Assembly: GCA_963750015.1 (NCBI GenBank)
Contig: CAVVPU010000053.1
Span: 3,104 to 67,103 of the forward strand
Reading direction: 5' to 3'
DNA length: 64,000 nt
Source: an uncultured delta proteobacterium
GTDB taxonomy: Bacteria > Desulfobacterota > Syntrophorhabdia > Syntrophorhabdales > WCHB1-27
Position numbers and translations under genes: made by a program. Under the pieces are notes generated by a model. The model ran no database searches. It was given only the letters and a program-made list of their open reading frames with translations, and was not told where the DNA came from. Every line of letters starts with the position of its first letter. Positions within the stretch are counted from its first letter, which is position 1. Positions 49,197 to 61,995 of the stretch are shown one piece after another.

Positions 49197-50102
49197 CTAT
49201 GCTCTCTTTCTCCACAGATAGATGAGAGGGCTTGCCACGAATATCGACGAATAGGTGCCGACCAGCACGCCGATGAAGAGGGCCAATGCGAAATCGAACA
49301 GGACCGGGCCGCCGATAACGATAAGCGCAGCCAGCACGAGAAGCACCGTGAGGGAGGTGATAAGGGTCCTGCTCAAGACCTCGTTGATGCTCGTGTTGAT
49401 GACTTCGCCCAAATCCGCCTTGGACTTCATCTTGGCCATGTTGTCCCTGATCCTGTCGTAAACGACGACAGTATCGGTGAGGGAATAGCCGGCGATGGTG
49501 AGGAGCGCCGTGATGAAGAGGATGTTCATCTCAAAATGGAGCAGATAGAATATGCCGAGGAGTGCGAGGACGTCATGAAAGGTGGCGATCGTCGCCGCCA
49601 CGCCGAAAACGAAATTGAACCTCCAGGCGATGTAAATGACTATGCCGAGGAGGGAAAGGACTATCGCGATGATCGCATCCCGTTTCAGGGTCTTGCCGAC
49701 GCTCGATCCCACCATGTTGCTCTCGAGCACCTGAAACTTCTTGTCCGGGAAAGCCTTGGTAATGATGCCACTGATCTTGTCCTGCACCCTCACGGGTCCC
49801 GTTTCGAGGAGCTTGGTCTTGATGAAGAAGTCGTTCTTCCCCGTCACCTGCTGGATCTCCGCGTCGGCTATGCCCCCTGTGGTCAAGGCGTTTCGAAGAT
49901 CGCCGATAGCGACGGGCTGGTCGAAGCGAATCTGCACGCTCGTTCCACCCGTGAAATCGACGCTCAGGTTCGCCTTGCCCGTGGCGACCATGATGAAGCC
50001 CAACAGTCCGAGTCCCACGAGCACGGCCGACAGCACAAAGGCCTTGTTCCGCAGACCTATGAAATCGATAGCGGTCTTTTTCGTTATCTCTCTAAATTTC
50101 AT
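49197..50102 (-). CDS. secF: protein translocase subunit SecF
   Basis: Typical SecF topology and motifs. Its ATG overlaps the secD stop (ATGA). Confidence 0.9.
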   Translation of the reverse strand: MKFREITKKTAIDFIGLRNKAFVLSAVLVGLGLLGFIMVATGKANLSVDFTGGTSVQIRFDQPVAIGDLRNALTTGGIADAEIQQVTGKNDFFIKTKLLETGPVRVQDKISGIITKAFPDKKFQVLESNMVGSSVGKTLKRDAIIAIVLSLLGIVIYIAWRFNFVFGVAATIATFHDVLALLGIFYLLHFEMNILFITALLTIAGYSLTDTVVVYDRIRDNMAKMKSKADLGEVINTSINEVLSRTLITSLTVLLVLAALIVIGGPVLFDFALALFIGVLVGTYSSIFVASPLIYLWRKRA

Positions 50103-51699
50103 CAGATGCTCAGACTCCTCGGTTTATACTTGGCGATTACCCAATCGAAGATCGCCTTCGACCCGAAGAAGGCGATGAACAGGTTGATGACGATGCCGAT
50201 GCTCAGGGTCACGGCAAAGCCCTTTATCGGGCCCGTTCCGAAAATGAAAAGGACGAGGGCCGTGATGAGGGTGGTGACGTGGGCGTCGATGATGGTAACC
50301 CACCCTTTGGCATAGCCGCCGTCTATGGCTGCCCTCACAGTCTTGCCTAGCCTCATCTCCTCGCGGATGCGCTCGAAGATGATGACGTTCGTATCGACTC
50401 CCATACCCATGGTGAGGATGATGCCGGCGATGCCGGGAAGGGTCATGGTGGCGTGTATCAGGGCGAAGGCCCCGAGCAGGTAGACCAGGTTGAGAAAGAG
50501 GGCGATATCGGCGACGACTCCCGAGCCCTTATAGTAGTAGACCATGAAAGCTATTATCAGCAAGCCCCCGAGGATCGCGGCCTGCACTCCCCGCCTGATG
50601 GCGTCCTGTCCGAGGGTGGGGCCCACGGTAATGTTCTGTATTACGTTCACAGGCGCAGGCAGGGCCCCTGCCCGGAGCACGATGGCCAGGTCCTTTGCCT
50701 CGTCAGGGGTGAAGCTGCCCGTGATCTGGGCTTGACCGCCGGATATGCGCTCCCTGATGGAAGGTGCGGAGTAGACCGTGTTATCGAGGATGATCGCCAG
50801 CCGCTTCCCCACGTTCTCGCCTGTCACCTGGTCGAAGATACGGGCGCCTTCGCTGTTGAAGCTTATGCCACGTAGGGTCCGTTGTTTCCTATGCCGCCAC
50901 CCCCCAACTTGACCTGGGCGTCGGTGAGCAGCTCACCCGTGAGAATCGTCTCCTTCTTCACGAGTATGGTGGAGGTCGTCGTTATTCCCGTCTCCGGGTT
51001 CCTTTCCCTGTAGGGAAGCAGCTCGTCGCCTTCAGGCAGCGGGCCGCCGGGAGTCGCGCCATGCGATTCGTCGACGAGCTTGAACTGAAGCTGTGCCGTC
51101 CGGCCGATGAGGGCCAAGGCCCTTTCCGGGTCCTTGATACCGGGAAGCTCGACGAGGATCTCATTCTCCCCCTGTTGCTGGATCACGGGCTCCGACACGC
51201 CGAGTTGGTCTATTCTGTTCCTGATCGTCTCCAAGGCCTGATGGACGGCATTGTCCTTCAGACTCGCGAGCTGGGTCATGGTATAGGATATATCCAGATA
51301 GAGATCGGTCCCTTCCGTCCTGCTTCCGCTCTCCCTGAACTCGGGCAGTTCCTTGCCCAGGAGGTTTTCGAAGTTCTGCCGCTGGTCCGTCTTGACGGCC
51401 ACGGTGATGCGGTCCGATTTCCGGTCGAGGGCCGTAAACCTGATGTTATCCCGTATCATGCCTTCCTTGAGCTGGTCGGCCTTCCGGTCGAGGAGTTGCT
51501 CCATCATCTTGCTCATGTCGAGTTGGAGCAGAAGGCGCATGCCTCCCTGCAGGTCGAGCCCGAGGTGTATCTTCTCCGAAGGGAGGTACTCTTTTACCGT
51601 CCCCGTCAGTTCCACAAAATTGGGAAGGAGAAAGACCACGGCCACCACCAGGAAGACCAATATGAGAATTGCTCTCACTTTCAATGATAATTTCAGCAC
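50102..51699 (-). pseudogene. secD: protein translocase subunit SecD, split by a 1-nt indel (probably an assembly error)
   Basis: ORFs 50863..51699 and 50102..50827 are involved. Adding one base at CC 50868-50869 gives ..[45 protein letters not shown].., the canonical SecD sequence. Confidence 0.85.
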
Positions 51700-51979
51700 G
51701 TAAATAACCTCATTTTACTGGCGATTAGGGCACAAAGAAAGTCAATAAGGGTATACCGGCGTCTCTTCCTTGTCAAGGGAATTGTAAGGTTCTCCACCGA
51801 CAAAAGGCGCTTTCCACCTCCCGTCAGGCAATGCCCGGAGAACCTCTATCTACCTTCAGCTCTTCGGCCCCGTACAAGGGCGGCCTACTGAGCCTTACCG
51901 ATTCCGGGCGACCACGGTATTTCACGTTCCAGGGCCCGGACGCTCGGTATTTCTAACATTTTTGAAGAAAAAATACAAC

Positions 51980-54592
<2,613 letters not shown>

Positions 54593-54699
54593 CTGGTATC
54601 TCCTTCCTTTTCCAGTCCGATTTAAACCCCTGCCTGTTAAAATAATCCGTAGTGCCGGCTTTAGCAAGAAATCGGCCCTGCCTGACCCGGACGAAGCCG

Positions 54700-54835
54700 G
54701 AAGGACCGATGGACGAGAAGAACAAGCGCGAAACTCGAACCGCGAATCGCGAAAGTTAATATAAAAGAGCGAACGACCACCCTCACCCTACCCTCTCCCC
54801 TCATTAAAGGCGAGGGGAAAAATGGCATCCCTTTG
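54700..54835 (+). repeat. S module, second copy
   Basis: GAAACTCGAACCGCGAATCGCGAAAGTTAAT..AAAAGAGCGAACGACCACCCTCACCCTACCCTCTCCCCTCA..GGCGAGGGG; compare 9395-9520. Confidence 0.75.
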
Positions 54836-54848
54836 GAATGTTTCTTTT

Positions 54849-55116
54849 GGCGGCCTCTATGGGCCGCCGCCCTTATTCAATTGGTGCTGGTGTGTGCATC
54901 CTATGAAGGCCGGAGCCGCGGGCTTTTGGAGATACGGCGACCCGTGTCACCGGCCGGTCGGCTGGGAGGGATCGTGAGGTGTGGATGCAATTTGAGCCTT
55001 GCTGCCCGGATGGCGTACTAAATGTACGTCGGAGGGCGCATGGCGAAAAGTGCGCCGCCGGGTGCCCGCTTGCGGGCGGCACGATTCCTCCCAGCCGACC
55101 GGCCACACCCCGTGCC
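54849..55116 (+). repeat. Family-B structured repeat, long variant (copy B7, forward)
   Basis: A 25-bp stem pairs GGCCGGTCGGCTGGGAGGGATCGTG with CACGATTCCTCCCAGCCGACCGGCC, including one G-U. It is followed by GCCTTTGCCTTTGCCCTTGCC at 55120-55150. Confidence 0.85.
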
Positions 55117-55202
55117 CTCTCTTGCCTTTGCCTTTGCCCTTGCCTCTTTTGCTTCTGCGCCTCCCGCCTCTTTGCCTCCCGCATTGACTTCCGGGAGACG
55201 AT

Positions 55203-56306
55203 GTGGAAAAATTGAGTATGGACGAGATCATTCAAGCTATCTTGGAGGGTAAGGAGCCAAATCAGCCGCTCGACCGTATCTTGGCTCTGCCCCGATCCGA
55301 ACAGGAGGAGCTGATCCGGCGTCTGGGCACGCTCAAGAGCCCGCTGGCGGGGGCATTCCTCTCGACCCTCTATCCGCGCCTTTCAGACAAGGTGCTCCAG
55401 AAGCTCGCCAAGAAGGCCATCTTTCACCTTAAGACACTCGGCATAGCCGTGGAAGAGCCGAAAGTCGCCGGAGAATCCGCTCTAAAACCGATAGACACCT
55501 CCCGGGAGGCGATGGGTCTCCTGTCGAATTACGACGGGGAATCGCTGAGGGTCATCCTTGCGGCAGTGGAGCTGAAGAAAAACCAGTTTCTCTTCTCCCA
55601 CGCCATCAGCCATTTCAGCAACGGCCTCGTCGACCTGCAGAGCATGGCCGTCAGCAGGCCCCAGCTCGAGGAGCTTACCCGGGACTATGTGGCGAGAACC
55701 AAGACTCCCATCCTGTTGACCGAGATATCGCCGCTCTACGCCGGATATTTGATCGAGGAGGCTGCCTCTGTCTCGGGGCACGATACGGAAGACGCCAGGT
55801 CCCTAAACCGAATGCTCTCATCGGCCAAAGGGAATGCAAGGAAACCGGCCGATATCTATCTCTTCGAGACAGAAGCCGACCTCGTGCCGGCCCCATCAGA
55901 GGCAGTGCTGGGGGACGAGCTTTTCAAGCCGTTCACCCTCGATTGGCGGGGGATCGAAGAAGACCGGAAAAGGTTGAACGACGCTATCAACCCCGGGATC
56001 GTCCTTCCCCCTTCGGCGATCCTGGAAAGGAAAACCGATTTCTTCGTGGAACTCGTCAAGAAAGGGCAAATCCAGCCCGTATTGCCCGCCTTCAAAAGGA
56101 TGCTCGAGGATTCGGCCTATCTCTTCTTCTGTCTCAAGGAGCTGCCCCTCTATGCAGGCATCATGAGTCTCCTCAAGGCGCCCGACGGCGTCGAGGCGGC
56201 CCTGACCTATTTCCTCGACAAGGCCCTTACGGAAAAGGAGAAGAAAGAAGAGCAGCACCAGCAGCCGGGCCTCATCGTCGATCCCTATTCCCTCGGCCGC
56301 CGTTAG
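55203..56306 (+). CDS. hypothetical protein (367 aa)
   Basis: Long clean ORF with coding-like composition. GTG start lies 5 nt after GGGAG. No motif recognised. Confidence 0.6.
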   Translation: MEKLSMDEIIQAILEGKEPNQPLDRILALPRSEQEELIRRLGTLKSPLAGAFLSTLYPRLSDKVLQKLAKKAIFHLKTLGIAVEEPKVAGESALKPIDTSREAMGLLSNYDGESLRVILAAVELKKNQFLFSHAISHFSNGLVDLQSMAVSRPQLEELTRDYVARTKTPILLTEISPLYAGYLIEEAASVSGHDTEDARSLNRMLSSAKGNARKPADIYLFETEADLVPAPSEAVLGDELFKPFTLDWRGIEEDRKRLNDAINPGIVLPPSAILERKTDFFVELVKKGQIQPVLPAFKRMLEDSAYLFFCLKELPLYAGIMSLLKAPDGVEAALTYFLDKALTEKEKKEEQHQQPGLIVDPYSLGRR

Positions 56307-56325
56307 ATCCGGATATTTAAGGACC

Positions 56326-56919
56326 ATGCCCCGCTACGTCGTCAAAGATACCTTTTACAAGAAAGCGAAAAAAGAGGGGTTCCGGGCGAGAAGCGCCTAT
56401 AAGCTGGAAGAGGTGCAGCAGAAATACCGGCTCATAAGGCCCGGCGACCGGCTGCTCGATCTGGGGGCCGCGCCCGGCGGCTGGCTCCAGGTCGAATCGC
56501 GCCTCGTCGGGAACGGGGGGCTCGTGGTCGGTCTCGATATCCTTCCCGTGGCGCCCCTGGCGTTTCCGAATGTGCGTGTCCGGCAGAACGACATAAGGGA
56601 CCTCTCTGTCGCCGAATTCCTCGCAGAGCTTGCCATCCCCTCATTCGACGTGGTCACCTCCGACATAGCCCCCAACCTTTCGGGCATAAAGGATGTCGAC
56701 CGGGCGAACACGATGGAGCTTTACGTGACAATGACACGGGTCGTCAAAGAAGGGCTGAGACAAGGCGGCAATTTCCTCATCAAGGTCTTCGTGAGCCCGG
56801 ACTTCAAGGACATAACCTCGGATTTGAAAGGTCTTTTCTCGAGGGTGGCGTCATTCAAGCCGAAGGCTTCCAGGGACGTAAGCGCCGAGACGTACCTCGT
56901 CTGCATGGGGAAGCGCTAG
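56326..56919 (+). CDS. rlmE: 23S rRNA (uridine-2'-O)-methyltransferase RlmE/FtsJ
   Basis: Has RSAYKLEE, DLGAAPGGW and the DIAPNLSG.. pattern of FtsJ. Confidence 0.9.
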   Translation: MPRYVVKDTFYKKAKKEGFRARSAYKLEEVQQKYRLIRPGDRLLDLGAAPGGWLQVESRLVGNGGLVVGLDILPVAPLAFPNVRVRQNDIRDLSVAEFLAELAIPSFDVVTSDIAPNLSGIKDVDRANTMELYVTMTRVVKEGLRQGGNFLIKVFVSPDFKDITSDLKGLFSRVASFKPKASRDVSAETYLVCMGKR

Positions 56920-56934
56920 CGGTCGCGCGCCGCC

Positions 56935-57294
56935 TTATTTCCCCATTTCCGCAAGGAGCCTGTCTATATCATCCTGGGAAAGGTTTTCGCTTGCCGAAGA
57001 AGCAGATGCCTCAGCCGGTGCCGAAGAAGCAGAGGGAGGATCGACAGGCGCATCAGCCCACAGGGCGTCGAGGTCAGCCTGGGACATGCCGCCCGATGGG
57101 GACTCTTTCGCCTTGGCGGGCTCAGGCTCGCCTAAGCCGCCGAGATCGGCCCAGAGGGCATCGAGGTCAGCCTGAGATACGCCGGCAGATGCGGCCGGCT
57201 CCTCCTTTTTCGCGGGTGCCGGTGCCTCGTCCTGCCCTTCCGATAATGAACCCCATAACGCGTCGAGGTCAGCCTGCGATATCGATTCAGCCAT
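56935..57294 (-). CDS. acidic repeat protein with four FliM-N-terminus-like motifs
   Basis: Has ISQADLDALW, VSQADLDALW, MSQADLDALW and a C-terminal LSQDDIDRLL, separated by Ala/Pro/Glu-rich linkers. Confidence 0.6.
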   Translation of the reverse strand: MAESISQADLDALWGSLSEGQDEAPAPAKKEEPAASAGVSQADLDALWADLGGLGEPEPAKAKESPSGGMSQADLDALWADAPVDPPSASSAPAEASASSASENLSQDDIDRLLAEMGK

Positions 57295-57535
57295 TCTCTC
57301 TTTCCGAGAAGCGGTTGTCGCGGGGCCATCGCCCCGTCCTAATAATGATCGCCCATTAGCCTAAAGACTTAACCGTATCGCCCTTCGTCACGTCCATACA
57401 TTCCCGAACTTCCGCCAGTGCCTTTGTCCGGCTCTTACTACATTTATGAGTCGTCCGGAAATACAGGCTAGGTGTTTTGCTAGGTGCAATTCGTCATATT
57501 TTGTGCTACTTTGTTATCGGCGTCTGATAAAGCCA

Positions 57536-57630
57536 AACCATCCGCGAGGATGGGACGGAAAGCCAACGGGTCTCAAGATCGCGCAAGCGGTCTCCTCCCT
57601 TGGAGATGGCCGGGCCGCCAGTAGAAACGT
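57536..57630 (+). promoter_or_regulatory. second candidate c-di-GMP-I-like aptamer (5' half convincing, 3' half atypical)
   Basis: AAAGCCAAACCAUCC-GCGA-GGAUGGGACGGAAAGCC is nearly identical to the 25570 element and parallels GEMM-I. The downstream part differs and contains AUCGC-GCAA-GCGGU. Confidence 0.4.
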
Positions 57631-57631
57631 C

Positions 57632-57676
57632 GAATGAACTACCCCGCAGCGCAGCATGCTGCGGGGTAGTTCATTC
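57632..57676 (+). other. perfect 19-bp hairpin in the long glgP leader
   Basis: GAATGAACTACCCCGCAGC-GCAGCAT-GCTGCGGGGTAGTTCATTC. Confidence 0.7.
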
Positions 57677-58009
57677 TCCGGGAGGTATTTTGGGGACACA
57701 AAACCCGAAACCCCGCAGAGGTTCGTGTCACACGGATGGGCTTTCGCCCATCCCGATAAAGCCCCTTCCCGGCCCCTATCGATTAAGACATATGGTCAGC
57801 GGCCGAAAATAGTGGTAATATGTCGATTGGTCCTGCGTTTGAGCACAGCCTATGCTGACGATAAGGCTTCTCTCCTGCCCTTCGGGGCGCTTTACCACGA
57901 TATCGCCTCTTTGCCTTCTTTCTCGATCCGGGCCTATCGGTCATGGGCGTTTATCCCGGTTCTTGCGGACCACAGAACCATACGATGCGAGCAATAAAGG
58001 AGCAGACGC

Positions 58010-59767
58010 GTGAACGACAGGAAGCGAATTGCATACTTTTCCATGGAAATTGCAGTGGATCCCAGCGTCCCGACTTACAGCGGAGGGCTTGGCATTCTCG
58101 CCGGGGACACGATACGGGCCGCTGCCGACCTTGCGGTCCCCATGGTGGCGGTTACTCTTCTTTATCGGAAAGGCTATTTCAACCAGGTTCTCGACGCCAA
58201 CGGTTGGCAGCACGAGCAGCCGGTGCAGTGGGCCGTGGAAGACCTGTTTACTGAGATGCCCGTGAGGGTTGAGGGCTCCATGGGGAGTGAATCTTTTAGC
58301 GCACGTGCCTGGCAGTATGATGTGACGGGCGTAAACGGCTACAAAGTACCCGTGCTCTTCCTCGACGCCGATCTCCCGGAAAATTCACCGTACATCAGGT
58401 CACTGACGGACCACCTGTACGGAGGCGACCAAAGATACCGCTTCTCACAGGAAGTGCTCCTCGGGATATGTGGGGTCAGGCTTCTCAACACTCTCGGTTA
58501 TACAGACATCGAACGATTCCATATGAATGAAGGTCACGCGAGCCTTCTTGTCCTTGAGCTTTTGGATATCGAGGCAAAAAAGGCGGGCCGGGTCCAGCCG
58601 AATGTTGAGGACATCCAGCGCGTGCGGGATCAATGCATATTCACCACCCATACGCCGGTTCCCGCAGGACACGATCAATTCCCTTTAAGCCTTGTAGCGG
58701 AAGTGCTGCAAGGCAGCCCCAACATCATGGGCCTTCACGACACGCCTTGTGCCGACGTCTTCAACAAAATCTACGGCCAGGGCATTGAAGGCTTCCAGAT
58801 GAATTGCGTCGACCCGGGCACGGTGAAGCTTAACATGACCTACCTCGCCCTCAATTTGAGCCGTTACGTAAACGGAGTCGCCAAGGAGCACGGCAAGACG
58901 TCCTCCAGCATGTTTGCCGGATATCAGATCGATGCTATCACGAACGGCGTTCACGCCGCCACGTGGGCTTCGCCATCTTTCCAAAAGCTGTATGATGAAC
59001 ACGTTCAGGGTTGGAGACAGGACAACTTCAGCCTGCGCGCGGCGCTTAGCATCAACGGGAACAAAGTATGGCATGCCCATATGCGCGAGAAAAAGAAACT
59101 CATCGACTTCGTGAAGGAAACTACGGGCGCGGCGATGGACCCATATGTCTTTACGATAGGCTTTGCCCGCCGGGCGACTCCTTACAAACGGGGAGATCTC
59201 TTATTTACCGACATCGAAAGGCTGAAGGCTATAGCATCCGCAGTCGGCCGCTTCCAGATCGTCTATGCAGGCAAGGCGCATCCTCACGACAACCAGGGAA
59301 AGGAAATGATCCGGCGCATCGTCCATCTCCAGGAAACCCTGAAGTGGTCAATACCGGTCGTATACCTGCAGAATTACGATTTTGCCCTGGGAAAGATGAT
59401 CACGGCCGGGGTGGATCTGTGGCTGAATACCCCGGAACCGCCCTTAGAGGCATCAGGAACCAGCGGCATGAAAGCCGCCCTGAATGGTGTCCCCAGCTTG
59501 AGCACGATGGACGGGTGGTGGATAGAAGGCCACATAGAAGGCGTCACCGGTTGGGCCATAGGCGAACGGTCGAACGGTACGCAGCATACGGACCGATCCC
59601 GTGATGCGGACTTACTCTATAACAAGCTCGAAAAGATAATAATACCAATGTTCTATACAAACCGCGACGCCTTTATAGGGGTCATGCGCCACGCCGCCGC
59701 GCTCAACGGGTCCTTTTTCAACACACACAGGATGCTACAGCAGTACGTCTTGGAGGCTTACTTTTGA
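58010..59767 (+). CDS. glgP: alpha-glucan (glycogen/maltodextrin) phosphorylase, short GT35 type
   Basis: Has [15 protein letters not shown] and the PLP-lysine region [17 protein letters not shown] start lies 8 nt after AAGGAG. Confidence 0.9.
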   Translation: MNDRKRIAYFSMEIAVDPSVPTYSGGLGILAGDTIRAAADLAVPMVAVTLLYRKGYFNQVLDANGWQHEQPVQWAVEDLFTEMPVRVEGSMGSESFSARAWQYDVTGVNGYKVPVLFLDADLPENSPYIRSLTDHLYGGDQRYRFSQEVLLGICGVRLLNTLGYTDIERFHMNEGHASLLVLELLDIEAKKAGRVQPNVEDIQRVRDQCIFTTHTPVPAGHDQFPLSLVAEVLQGSPNIMGLHDTPCADVFNKIYGQGIEGFQMNCVDPGTVKLNMTYLALNLSRYVNGVAKEHGKTSSSMFAGYQIDAITNGVHAATWASPSFQKLYDEHVQGWRQDNFSLRAALSINGNKVWHAHMREKKKLIDFVKETTGAAMDPYVFTIGFARRATPYKRGDLLFTDIERLKAIASAVGRFQIVYAGKAHPHDNQGKEMIRRIVHLQETLKWSIPVVYLQNYDFALGKMITAGVDLWLNTPEPPLEASGTSGMKAALNGVPSLSTMDGWWIEGHIEGVTGWAIGERSNGTQHTDRSRDADLLYNKLEKIIIPMFYTNRDAFIGVMRHAAALNGSFFNTHRMLQQYVLEAYF

Positions 59768-59898
59768 TGGGCTTTGTCCTATGGATCAGGGGGACGCCCA
59801 TCGTCTTGCTTCATCTCTCTCTCGGTTTCGCCGGAGTTTTTTCGCTTTTCTGCTTCGCGGGGGCTGCTTTGCCGGCCGCCGCCCTGTGTTCTCCCCTG

Positions 59899-60558
59899 TC
59901 AGATTTCGGATAAGGCATCGCCCAGCTTTTTTCCGGCTGCCTTGACGCGGGCTACCGTTTCCGGATCATCCTCCCATTTACGGAAAAGCTCCGGCGTGAT
60001 GACGAGGGTATGTGCCTTTTCACCCCACTTCCTGTAAGCGCCTCCGATACTGCACTCCTGGTGACGGCCGCAACGGTAACACGGCGGTATTTCCGATGTG
60101 TATTGTGCTACATCAACAATATTGACCTGGTAAGGAGTGACGGCCCGGCGGAAATCCTCTGCCGCATCATTGGCCTTGACACCAAGGGCCCCAACGAGGG
60201 CCAGAACGAAAGGCTTGTTCTTGATGGGGATCGTGACATGACGAAAAGCCCATAACCGGGAAATGAAAGCCACCATGGTCGCATTGATCGTGCCTGCAGT
60301 GATGGGGCTTCCCAGCACGACGGCATCCGCTTCCTTCACTTTCTGACTGTAAGGCAGTAGATCGTCCTCGACCATGCATAGTTGGGGCTTGGCGCAGAGC
60401 CAGGCGCAGCCTTTGCATGCAGAATAGTTGAGATCATTGAGTTTGACAAATTCGGACTCATATCCGGTTTCTGCCATAATAGCTTTTACCATCCGGTCTA
60501 CGTTGGATTCCCGTCCGACCACACCGGAGCTGAAGCCGATAATCTTCATTTCAGACAA
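59899..60558 (-). CDS. flavodoxin-like / iron-sulfur flavoprotein (NADPH-dependent FMN reductase fold)
   Basis: Has MKIIGFSSG.., a Cys cluster CKGCAWLC..C and VLGSPI. Confidence 0.7.
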   Translation of the reverse strand: MSEMKIIGFSSGVVGRESNVDRMVKAIMAETGYESEFVKLNDLNYSACKGCAWLCAKPQLCMVEDDLLPYSQKVKEADAVVLGSPITAGTINATMVAFISRLWAFRHVTIPIKNKPFVLALVGALGVKANDAAEDFRRAVTPYQVNIVDVAQYTSEIPPCYRCGRHQECSIGGAYRKWGEKAHTLVITPELFRKWEDDPETVARVKAAGKKLGDALSEI

Positions 60559-60701
60559 CCTCCCTTTTTAATTCATCGATCCCTATCTTCCAGGGGCCAC
60601 TAAAAACCGGTCCCCGGAGCGTGAACCTTCCCGAAAGGATACCTTATTTCTTGCCCGTAGCAAAGTCGCCACCATAGGGGCGGCGGCCGGGGCCGAGGTC
60701 T

Positions 60702-61388
60702 TCACTTGAGAGGTCTCACGAATACTTCCAGGCCCTTGACGCTTCCATGGGCGAACTCGGCCATGGTCTCCGCGGCAACGGCCAATCCTTCCCTCACGTA
60801 GAGCGCATCGATACCAGGAACTGCATAAGAGTAAAAAAGGGCATTGGAGGTATCGTCCCGCACCCTTGTCTTCTCATCCGCACCCTGGCAGAGCACGCAG
60901 ATGATGCCTGTTTCGTCGCGGAGCACTATCTCTCCTTCTTTGGTCGTGAATCGGCGCCCTCCCATGCCCACGGTTTCCTCCCCTGCGCTCGCGACGTCGA
61001 GCAGGAGACGACCTTCAACCCGATCATAGTCCGCAACGGCCACAAGTATTCCGGCGCACATCTCGGCGAGGAAGTGAGCATCGACCATCAGGTTGTACAT
61101 TGGGAACCCGCTGTTAATTGTCCTTTTGAGGTGCTGAGGCAAGGGGCACTCGTAGCCGAAGCTCCGGAAGAACCGGTCATACGTGTCGATGCCCCGGGAG
61201 ATCCGGGCGAGGGTTTCCCGCTTTCTCATTTTCCGAAGAAGCTTTCGCTTATACTGATCGAATGGCTCACTGTCAATGAGCGGTCCGCACCCTTCGACGA
61301 GGGTTAATCCGAATGCCACGCAAGGATACCTGTCTTCATAGGCCGGCGAGATTGAGAAATTTATCCATGCGGACAAGGCGGATGACAT
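60702..61388 (-). CDS. B3/B4 tRNA-binding-domain protein (PheT-related stand-alone)
   Basis: About 228 aa. The pattern ..NLMVDAHFLAEMCAGILVAVADYDRVEGRL..ICVLCQGADEKT matches my memory of B3_4 domain proteins. Confidence 0.65.
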   Translation of the reverse strand: MSSALSAWINFSISPAYEDRYPCVAFGLTLVEGCGPLIDSEPFDQYKRKLLRKMRKRETLARISRGIDTYDRFFRSFGYECPLPQHLKRTINSGFPMYNLMVDAHFLAEMCAGILVAVADYDRVEGRLLLDVASAGEETVGMGGRRFTTKEGEIVLRDETGIICVLCQGADEKTRVRDDTSNALFYSYAVPGIDALYVREGLAVAAETMAEFAHGSVKGLEVFVRPLK

Positions 61389-61784
61389 AGGAGCATCTCC
61401 AATAGTTTCTCTATCGTTTACCACGGCAAAGGATTCAGTTCAAGGAGAAAACCGGGGAAAAGAAATGAGGTTGTCAAATTCCGGTACCGGTGATAAAATT
61501 ATCTCAGGCTGCACCCCACACATATGGGTATTGTGGCATCCTTAAGGATGACCACGTCGCCGTCATGCACGGCTTTTGGTCCGCGAGACCTTTGGGACAT
61601 ACGATCCCGTTCACCCGTGGGGTGCGCCTCTCTCATTTCTCTCTTCTACACGAGATTCAACAGGGATGGGAAGAGTTTGTGGCGCCGGCCCTTGATTCCT
61701 GAATTTCCCTCGATCCCTTCGGTGCATGGCTCATAGTTGACAACTGCGCCCTGACATCTGATATATTCTGTGTAGAGGTGAAGC

Positions 61785-61995
61785 ATGGCTCGTGAATTTA
61801 CCGTTGTCATCGAACGAGACGAAGAAGGGTACTATGTGGCTGACGTTCCCGAGCTGCGCGGATGTCACACCCAAGCGCGATCACTCGACACCCTCATGGA
61901 AAGAGTCAGGGAAGCTATCGAGCTTTGCCTCGAAGCCGGCGGAGAGGACGCTCCTGTCAGGAGAGCTCATCGGGATACAAAGAATAGCCGTGTGA
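61785..61995 (+). pseudogene. hicB: HicB-family antitoxin with one frame break
   Basis: Reads MAREFTVVIERDEEGYYVADVPELRGCHTQARSLDTLMERVREAIELCLE.. The natural C-terminus GELIGIQRIAV* lies in the +1 frame (ORF 61792..61995). In the assembly the first frame reads through into hicA. Confidence 0.7.

Noticed and set aside
50855-50875. Programmed ribosomal frameshift in secD
   Set aside because: There is no slippery heptamer or downstream structure. Similar indels occur in unrelated genes, so assembly error is far more likely.
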